From Candidatus Omnitrophota bacterium (GTDB lineage: Bacteria > Omnitrophota > Gorgyraeia > Duberdicusellales > 4484-171): a stretch of 64,000 nucleotides of DNA. How positions within the stretch are numbered: position 1 is the first letter of the stretch; each line of letters opens with the position of its first letter. Shown one piece after another: positions 57,159 through 64,000 of this stretch. The notes beneath the pieces were generated by a model that worked only from the letters and a program-made list of their open reading frames with translations, searched no databases and was not told where the DNA came from. The stretch covers positions 133,956-197,955 of the forward strand of contig JBAWWL010000003.1 in assembly GCA_037146775.1 (NCBI GenBank). Reading direction: 5' to 3'. Position numbers and translations under genes: made by a program.

Positions 57159-57578
57159 ATGAAAACCTTTTTACTCGCAGGATTATTTTTCTTCATCAGT
57201 TTCGTGTGTTTTGCAAAAGATATTCCTGCGAAAGAATACTACCATCGCGGCGGAACTTACATAAAACCAACCTATCGTTCTAATTCCGAAGGGGATGCGC
57301 CCCGTAGCCGTAGCAGGCCGAGTTATCAACAACAAAAAGCATATCAAACCTTGCCGGTCACGCCTGCTTATAAGAGCGATTATGATAATGATGTGCTTAC
57401 CGAAAAGGACGAGAAAGAAGAGGATGATAGTACAAACGAAGATAGTGTGGGTGATGACAGAGATTCTTATCCTTACGGCACGCATAGATCTTATAGGTAT
57501 AGAGAATCAAAGGATAAGAGTAATACGATCGGCAGTTTTTCTGATAGCAACGATACCGAAACTAAACAAAAGGAATGA
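57159..57578 (+). CDS. Secreted low-complexity protein with GTY..P.YRS motif
   Basis: SD GGAGG; signal peptide; YYHRGGTYIKPTYRS; acidic disordered tail. Confidence 0.7.
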   Translation: MKTFLLAGLFFFISFVCFAKDIPAKEYYHRGGTYIKPTYRSNSEGDAPRSRSRPSYQQQKAYQTLPVTPAYKSDYDNDVLTEKDEKEEDDSTNEDSVGDDRDSYPYGTHRSYRYRESKDKSNTIGSFSDSNDTETKQKE

Positions 57579-57859
57579 GGAAGTTTTTATTGCTGCTAAT
57601 CTTCATTTTTCTTCCTTTTTTTTCGGTATTCGCCCAAAAGATACCCGATAGACTGCGCATACCGAAAGAATTGGAAGAGTTAGGATTTACCCGTTCCTTT
57701 CTTGTTGAATACAAAAAGATTGCCGATAAAGAATTCTTTACTTTTGATAATTGGAGAACAGCGCAAGGCCTGGACACTATAACTTTTGTGATTGAAAATG
57801 GTAAGGTGAAAGATGTATTCAAAGGTAAGAGAATAAAATTAAAGGAGAGAGGCACATGA
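57575..57859 (+). CDS. Small secreted protein, paralog of 54982-55317
   Basis: Signal peptide ending VFA; IPKELEELGFT...EFFTF...ITFVIENG. Confidence 0.78.
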   Translation: MRKFLLLLIFIFLPFFSVFAQKIPDRLRIPKELEELGFTRSFLVEYKKIADKEFFTFDNWRTAQGLDTITFVIENGKVKDVFKGKRIKLKERGT

Positions 57860-58287
57860 AACCTTTAACCAAAAAAATCATAGCGAGAGAGGGGCTGATT
57901 TTGCTGGGTTTGCTCCTTGTGGGAGTTATTTTACACTTATGTTTACCAATCATAATCCCTCCGTTTGTTTTTCCTAAGGTTCCTTATTCTTGCACATCAT
58001 TACCGAACAAATCAAATTCGAATAAAGCACTATACGAATTATCCATTTTGGGTAACAAATATGAATTAGAGTACGATAGCTATAATCCCACGGAAGAGGA
58101 GCTAAGCGAAGTTGCAACCAGCATAGCAATAAGAGAAAAACTTATCCAACCTACCTTAAAGTGGCGAATGCATTGTTTTTTTGCGGATACTATTAATATA
58201 ACTTTCTTAATTATTTTTTTAGTTAGCTACTCATTCTATCTTCTTGTCCGTTTCATTCGTTGGGCAATTAAAACTTTGGTAGGTTAG
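57856..58287 (+). CDS. Hypothetical two-TM membrane protein
   Basis: KKIIAREGLILL...YLLVRFIRWAIKTL; ATGA coupling to the previous gene. Confidence 0.72.
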   Translation: MKPLTKKIIAREGLILLGLLLVGVILHLCLPIIIPPFVFPKVPYSCTSLPNKSNSNKALYELSILGNKYELEYDSYNPTEEELSEVATSIAIREKLIQPTLKWRMHCFFADTINITFLIIFLVSYSFYLLVRFIRWAIKTLVG

Positions 58288-58540
58288 GAGTGAATAGAGA
58301 ATGAGGCATGAAAGACGATATTAGGTTTGGTTTGGGCGTATGTATAATTTTGCGCCAGTTTTGCTTGGAATTTTGTTATTGATAATTTTGGTTTGTTTCA
58401 GGCATCTTACATCCGGGTTTACCTCGGCTTACGGTCAAATAAAAAAGTAGCGCACCTGACCCACACAAACGAAGTTTCAATCTCTCTTTCGTTAGGAACA
58501 CACGACCTTAAGAAAAATATGGTATAATTCAAAGGACGAA

Positions 58541-58957
58541 ATGACAAAGAAAAGAATAAAAGTAATTCTTAATTATATAACTGCGGCTTGTTTCTTTGTG
58601 TGTTTTGCGGGCTGTATGACAATTTCAGAGAAGCGCTTGGATGCCCTGAGAGAGACCTTTTCGCCGTTGACGCACATTATTAAGATCAGTAATGATTATT
58701 ATAGCCAGAATTTAAAATGGCCGGAAAGTAAAGAAGAGATCAAAAAGTTTATCATAGAAAAGAAAATTGATTTCAATATAGAACAGTTCAAAGTGCTCAT
58801 TTTTAACCCTCAGCCGGACGGCACATTGCTTGTTACGTATGAAGTGAAGCCGTACGGATTTTTAGAGCAACTTAAATTCAGAGATATAATAAAAGGCAAG
58901 ATCAAGGTCGGTAGATCCGATAAACAAGGATCTTTGAAAGAACCCATAAAAAAATAA
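58541..58957 (+). CDS. Hypothetical lipoprotein
   Basis: Lipobox FAGC; extended -10 TGGTATAAT upstream. Confidence 0.72.
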   Translation: MTKKRIKVILNYITAACFFVCFAGCMTISEKRLDALRETFSPLTHIIKISNDYYSQNLKWPESKEEIKKFIIEKKIDFNIEQFKVLIFNPQPDGTLLVTYEVKPYGFLEQLKFRDIIKGKIKVGRSDKQGSLKEPIKK

Positions 58958-59176
58958 TTTGTTATTTTCTTTGATATCGTCAAACCTTACCTTTTTTGCT
59001 CTTGACGCATGTATGGTATAGCAGTATTATTTTTTAATCATTACTCGAATTGCCGAGTACCTTGGCCCCGGTTATTACGGGCTGTATCACGAAGTAGGGG
59101 CGTGATATCTTTAAGGCAGTGTAATGGAAAAATATTTTCGAAATAGCTAAGGACATAATTTGTAAACGGGGGCACA

Positions 59177-59557
59177 ATGGAAAACAGAAGAAAATTTCCC
59201 AGAGTTAACACGGCTAAAATGATGGTTAGTTGGAGGAAGGTTAAAGCCTACGACAATTTGAATGAAACAAAAGATATCTCTGGAGGGGGTATTTGTTTGA
59301 TGGTTGACGGCGAAGGCTTGGTGAGTGTCGGAGACATATTACAACTCGAATTTAGCTTACCTTTGGGAAAAACCATTTATTCAAAAGGAAAAGCGGTGTG
59401 GCTGGACAAATTTACTATCATAGGTGACCTGAAGGAGGAAACGCGCTATGAGGTAGGAGTAGAATTCTTAGATATCAACGATAAAGACAGAGCAGCAATT
59501 GAACAATTTGTTTTTTTGCACTTGCCTTTGAACAAAAAAACAACTCAACAAATATGA
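59177..59557 (+). CDS. PilZ domain protein
   Basis: NRRKFPR and DISGGG motifs; YEVGVEF. Confidence 0.92.
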   Translation: MENRRKFPRVNTAKMMVSWRKVKAYDNLNETKDISGGGICLMVDGEGLVSVGDILQLEFSLPLGKTIYSKGKAVWLDKFTIIGDLKEETRYEVGVEFLDINDKDRAAIEQFVFLHLPLNKKTTQQI

Positions 59558-60087
59558 GAGAAAAAATGAAAATTGGTACTTACCGCTTATTCTCGTGTGT
59601 GTGCAAACATTTCGTGATCATCTTATTCGGTATTCTCTTTATCTAAGAATTATGTTGTGCCGAATAACCGCGCTAAGGTATCCAGGAAAACCGGTAGTAT
59701 TTCCGCCAGACACGAACTAATCATTATCGCGATGTAGATATAACACGTAAGATGCGGCGTATTTTTTCAGTGTTCGTTTCGCTGAGCGCATAGCAAAAAA
59801 ACATTAATAACACGATTGTTCCCAGCCACTCATCTATTTTTGAATGAAATGTATTTAGCACATGTAATGTACGCATAAGCGAAGTAACACGTACGTTCGT
59901 AATAATGATTATTAAAATAATAAGGCAACTCTCTAAACGGGGGGTTGCCTTTGTTGATTTAATGTCTTAATATATTTTAAGGCATGCTGGTTGTATCTAT
60001 CCGTGATTACGATAGGCACGCACAAGAAAGTGGTTTTATGAATTTTGAGCCGATAAAATGCGAGTAAACTGGCTAAGAACATAAGTA

Positions 60088-61527
60088 ATGGCACGTCTTT
60101 ATCTAATTTCACCACCATACCAGGATGTCTATAAAAAAATAAATTATAAGAACTTTGGAGTTCTCCAGCCCCCTTTAGGATTGGCTTATATTGCCAGTTA
60201 TGTAAAACGTCACGGGCATTCCGTAATGCTTTTTGACGGCAGCTTTAGCAGGGATATTTTTAAGGATATAAAAGCCAATATCGCCGCATTTAACCCAGAC
60301 TTTGTGGGCATAACCGCCACCACGCCGCAAATTGCAAGCGCACTGAAAATAGCGGAATATATAAAGAACCTTGCTCCGGATATAAAGATAATTTTAGGAG
60401 GATTTCACGTATCGGCTTTGCCGGAACAAACCCTTACTCATCGGTATGTTGATATTGTGGTTTGCGGAGAAGGCGAAATAACGATTTCCGAAATTATAGG
60501 AGGAAAAGACATATGTGATATCAAGGGGATTTATTTTCGGCAGATGGATAGTATCAGAAAAAATGCGCCGCGGCCACTCATAGAAGATTTAGATTCGCTC
60601 CCTTTTCCGCTCTGGGAGGGATTACCCGTACGGTCGTATTACTACTTTCCGGAACATACCGTTGGGATAATAAGCGGGAGAGGATGCCCTTATGGCTGTA
60701 GTTTTTGTGCCTCGGCAGTCATACATGGTAATCGTTATAGAATGCGAAGCCCAAATAACTTCGTCGACGAAATCGAACTTCTGCGGAAAGACTATGGGGT
60801 TGAATATCTTTTTTTTGTTGACGAAACCTTTACTATTAATCCTCAAAGGACAGAAGAGATTTGTAGTATAATACAAAAGAGGAAAATTTCTGTTAAGTGG
60901 ACATGCGATACCCGGGTAGACCATGTGACGAAAGACATGTTACGCATTATGAAATCCGCTGGTTGTCGATCGTTGAGAATAGGAGTAGAATCCGCTGACG
61001 AGAGAGTGTTGAAAATGACAGGAAAAAATATAACTTTGGCAGAGGCAGAAAGGGCCATATCATGGGCAAACGAATTAGGAATAAAAACTACAGCATACTT
61101 TATATTGGGCCTTCCTTACGAAACCCCGGCCAGCCTGGACAAGACATTAGTATTTTCTAAAAAATTAAACACAGACGTAGCTCAATTTTCCATGCTTGTT
61201 CCGCTTCCTGGCACTAAGATCTGGGACATCGTACAAGAGGGAAAAATACTGCGATGTACGGCTAAGGAATGGGATGAGTATGTCCGGTATGACAAGGCGA
61301 TTGTGGAATCCGATTTACTTTCTGCAAGCCAACTATTAGCATATCAGCGTCATATAGTAAAGAGCTACTATTTAAGCCCGTTATATATATTGAAAAGATT
61401 GGGTGGCATTAGATCTTTTAGGGAATTATGGGAAGTTTTACGAGGTGGCATGGCTGTATTGATAATGATTTTCTCCAAAAAAAATGTACTTAGAAAGAAT
61501 TCTTCTTGGCAGGAAAGGTGTCAATGA
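60088..61527 (+). CDS. B12-binding radical SAM protein (class B methyltransferase-like)
   Basis: PPLGLAYIAS, GGFHVS, GEGE, GRGCPYGCSFC, GVESA, PLPGT. Confidence 0.92.
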   Translation: MARLYLISPPYQDVYKKINYKNFGVLQPPLGLAYIASYVKRHGHSVMLFDGSFSRDIFKDIKANIAAFNPDFVGITATTPQIASALKIAEYIKNLAPDIKIILGGFHVSALPEQTLTHRYVDIVVCGEGEITISEIIGGKDICDIKGIYFRQMDSIRKNAPRPLIEDLDSLPFPLWEGLPVRSYYYFPEHTVGIISGRGCPYGCSFCASAVIHGNRYRMRSPNNFVDEIELLRKDYGVEYLFFVDETFTINPQRTEEICSIIQKRKISVKWTCDTRVDHVTKDMLRIMKSAGCRSLRIGVESADERVLKMTGKNITLAEAERAISWANELGIKTTAYFILGLPYETPASLDKTLVFSKKLNTDVAQFSMLVPLPGTKIWDIVQEGKILRCTAKEWDEYVRYDKAIVESDLLSASQLLAYQRHIVKSYYLSPLYILKRLGGIRSFRELWEVLRGGMAVLIMIFSKKNVLRKNSSWQERCQ

Positions 61528-62528
61528 AAAGAGTTTTTATTACCGGTGCGCCTGGATGGCTTGGCACGCGATGCGTTGAGACGCTACTAAAAAAAGAATT
61601 TCCTTTCCAGAAGTACGATTATTCCTGTACATGTTTTGTCTTGCGTGGGGTCGATGCATCAAAGTTGGAAATCATGGGCGCGAAGATTATTTACGGAGAT
61701 ATAAGGGATCAGGACAGCCTTAAAGGCGCGATGGAAGAATGTGACTGTGTTATTCATATGGCGGCAGTGGTTCATCCAAAACGGATTAAAGACATGTATG
61801 ACACGAATGTTATTGGAACCAAGAATGTTCTTCATGAAGCCATTTTGTATAAAGTGAAAAAATTTATATATATCAGCAGCAATTCTCCGGCCGGCTTCAA
61901 TATAGACGGTAAGCTTTTTTCCGAAACAGACCCCCCTCGCCCGTATATGAATTATGGAAGGAGTAAGTATCTTGCGGAAGAGTTTGTGAGAAAAGCGGCG
62001 AGAGATACGCCGATAGAGGCGATTATATTAAGACCTTGCTGGTTTTATGGGCCAAGGCAACCTGCAAGACAGACTAGGTTGTTTAAGATGATCAAAGGCG
62101 GCACGCCTATTTTATTCGGCGATGGAGGCAATCTGCGAAGCCTTTCTTATGTCGACAATACGGTGCAGGGAATTATTTTAGCGCTTGAGAAAGAAGGTAT
62201 TAACGGGCAAACGTATTGGATTGCGGACGAAAGGCCCTACACAACACTTGAGATCTATAAGGCTATAGCCGAGATGTTGGGTGTAAAAACATTGAAACCG
62301 AGAAAAATCCCTGCATGGTCGTCTTCTGTTTTTGGAGCAATGGATTTGGCAGTGCAAGCTGCCGGCTTGTATATACCGGAGATACATGTTGTGGGAGAGA
62401 TGTCCAGAAATATCGCATGTAGCATAGAAAAAGCAAAAAAAGAATTAGGGTATAGGCCTCAAGTTTCTTTAAGGGAGGGGATGAGAAGGTCAATAGAGTG
62501 GTGCAGGGCTAACGGGATAGAGATATGA
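61524..62528 (+). CDS. NAD-dependent epimerase/dehydratase (extended SDR)
   Basis: TGAPGWLG, YGRSK, LRPCWFYGP. Confidence 0.92.
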   Translation: MKRVFITGAPGWLGTRCVETLLKKEFPFQKYDYSCTCFVLRGVDASKLEIMGAKIIYGDIRDQDSLKGAMEECDCVIHMAAVVHPKRIKDMYDTNVIGTKNVLHEAILYKVKKFIYISSNSPAGFNIDGKLFSETDPPRPYMNYGRSKYLAEEFVRKAARDTPIEAIILRPCWFYGPRQPARQTRLFKMIKGGTPILFGDGGNLRSLSYVDNTVQGIILALEKEGINGQTYWIADERPYTTLEIYKAIAEMLGVKTLKPRKIPAWSSSVFGAMDLAVQAAGLYIPEIHVVGEMSRNIACSIEKAKKELGYRPQVSLREGMRRSIEWCRANGIEI

Positions 62529-63568
62529 ACGCTAAAGTTTTGATTACCGGCGGATCGGGATTCTTTGGCACTTCGTTAACAAAGGGGTTGCTTGAGAAAG
62601 AGTATTCCGTTAGAATCCTTGACCCGGAGTATCCCGCTAGCGCCGACATTAGACCGCGAATAGAATTTATACAGGGCGATATTCGTAATAAGGAGATCGT
62701 AAGAGAGGCGTCTAAAGGAATAAGTATTGTTTTCCATAATGCCGCGATATTGCCGATTTCCAGGTCACATAAGAAAATTTTCTGGGAAGTAAACGTCGAG
62801 GGGACGCGTACTATTCTGGAAACGGCTTTAATAAACAAGGTACGCAAAGTCATTTTTATATCTTCAAGCGCACCATACGGTATTCCAAAAGATACTCCCG
62901 TGACAGAGAATACACCATTTAACCCGGTCTGTGATTACGGCCGCTCGAAAATAGCGGCAGAAGAAATATGCAACGAATATAGAAGCAAAGGGTTGGATGT
63001 GGTAATATTACGTCCGCGAACGCTTGTGGGAAAAGGAAGATTGGGGCTTTTCCAGATCTTGTTTAACTGGATAGCCGATAATAAGCGGATATATCTTATC
63101 GGTAAAGGAAACAATCCATTTTCTTTCTTGAGCGAAAGAGATTTTGTAAAAGCATGTATTGTCAGTATCGAAAAAGATTGTAAGAACGGAGATTTTAATT
63201 TAGGGACGGATAAGTTTAATACTGTCAAAGAGGATTTAGAAAGCCTCATACGTTCTGTTGGTAGTTCATCGAAGATAGTTCCCCTGCCCGCTTCGGCCAC
63301 CAAGTTATTGTTGAGCGTATTCGATATGTTCAGCGTGGTGCCTTTTACGCCATGGCACTATAAAACTTGCGATAAGCCGTTTTATTTTGATATTACCAAA
63401 GCTCGGAAGACATTGGGGTGGTTCCCGGAAGTAAGCAATTTCGAGATGCTTAAGGACGGTTACAACGATTATATATCTCATAGAAAGGATATTGATTCCG
63501 ATTTCGGCACCATACATACAAAATCCGTAAGGCAGAGAATACTAAGAGTTTTAAAAAGCCTGTCTTAG
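62525..63568 (+). CDS. NAD-dependent epimerase/dehydratase (extended SDR)
   Basis: TGGSGFFG, HNAA, SSSAPYG, YGRSK. Confidence 0.92.
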   Translation: MNAKVLITGGSGFFGTSLTKGLLEKEYSVRILDPEYPASADIRPRIEFIQGDIRNKEIVREASKGISIVFHNAAILPISRSHKKIFWEVNVEGTRTILETALINKVRKVIFISSSAPYGIPKDTPVTENTPFNPVCDYGRSKIAAEEICNEYRSKGLDVVILRPRTLVGKGRLGLFQILFNWIADNKRIYLIGKGNNPFSFLSERDFVKACIVSIEKDCKNGDFNLGTDKFNTVKEDLESLIRSVGSSSKIVPLPASATKLLLSVFDMFSVVPFTPWHYKTCDKPFYFDITKARKTLGWFPEVSNFEMLKDGYNDYISHRKDIDSDFGTIHTKSVRQRILRVLKSLS

Positions 63569-63614
63569 GCCGCGTGGTTTAAGAGATACGAAATGATTCT
63601 TTAAATAAGGTGTT

Positions 63615-64000
63615 GTGAAGAATAAGCTATGTAAACATTATCCTCTCATTATCAGTGTGTGTGTGTTGGTTTTCTTGGTGGCGGTATGCCTGATATTTTC
63701 TGTCAAAAAAAATCAAGGCCATCTCATTTATGCTCTCGACGATGCATACATTCATATGGCGATAGCAAAAAATTTTGTGCAACATGGAGTCTGGGGTGCA
63801 ACAAAATATGATTTCAATTCATCATCTTCTCCGATACTCTGGTTGTTGCTGTTGTCTTTAGACTACTTTTTCTTTGGCGTGAATGTGGCGGCCCCTTTTC
63901 TGTTAAATATTATCTGCGCAATATTGGTGTGTGTCGTCTCGTATGTTTTCCTGAAGAAACAAAAGGTGCATCCTTTGCTTGTGTGCATTGTTTTACAGGG
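63615..64000 (+). CDS. GT-C-type membrane glycosyltransferase, N-terminal part (3' truncated by window edge)
   Basis: Manual translation from GTG 63615: TM helix, then YALDDAYIHMAIAKNFVQHGVWG...SSSSPILWLLLL; absent from the ORF track. Confidence 0.75.
   Translation, partial: MKNKLCKHYPLIISVCVLVFLVAVCLIFSVKKNQGHLIYALDDAYIHMAIAKNFVQHGVWGATKYDFNSSSSPILWLLLLSLDYFFFGVNVAAPFLLNIICAILVCVVSYVFLKKQKVHPLLVCIVLQ

Noticed and set aside
58340-58450. 36 aa hydrophobic ORF (MYNFAPVLLGILLLIILVCF...)
   Set aside because: No SD or recognisable motif; may be a fragment of a decayed gene; too weak to call
46577-59557. Integron cassette array
   Set aside because: No intI; no consistent RYYYAAC...GTTRRRY attC sites (only a weak candidate at 58454-58497); genes carry their own promoters
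59649-59960. Possible frameshifted membrane-protein pseudogene on the minus strand
   Set aside because: Hydrophobic stretches occur in two frames but there is no recognisable family or start signal
60088-63568. Hopanoid genes hpnJ/hpnA
   Set aside because: Same superfamilies, but no squalene-hopene cyclase or other hpn genes in the window

Overview
Bacterial chromosomal window, mostly + strand and gene-dense. Gene content and protein style (many secreted TPR proteins, stand-alone PilZ proteins, PG-binding lipoproteins, triple GH57) suggest an anaerobic PVC-group organism, probably Ca. Omnitrophota; this is inferred, not verified. Blocks in order: (1) ftsK'-rodZ-rimO-pgsA-pgpA, then an inverted cinA-thpR pair; (2) a Fur/PerR-led oxygen/iron stress operon (ldh, FNR-like, NifU, SOR-like, ferritin, VIT1); (3) an alpha-glucan/glycogen cluster (DUF4912, three GH57 enzymes, DUF2934, ACT, GH1, cNMP-P-loop-patatin) facing a two-gene operon; (4) amrS, DUF192, Nudix, ArnT-like, trmI; (5) apgM-cstA-lysC-cimA-[TPR]-ilvBNC-leuA-aroE-pilD-aroC; (6) a ~13 kb run of secreted/membrane orphan genes; (7) the start of a glycan-modification locus (B12 radical SAM, two SDRs, GT-C). 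The best candidate for an undescribed system is the two-gene operon in block 3, a membrane-anchored protein plus a ParA ATPase fused to an AMPK-beta-type glycogen-binding module, which could position glycogen granules. Intergenic DNA holds several families of short palindromic or periodic repeats, one set lying within a duplication of the ilvC 3' end. Many genes look leaderless. No rRNA, tRNA, CRISPR array or intact transposase was recognised. All family calls come from motif recognition by eye, not database searches.
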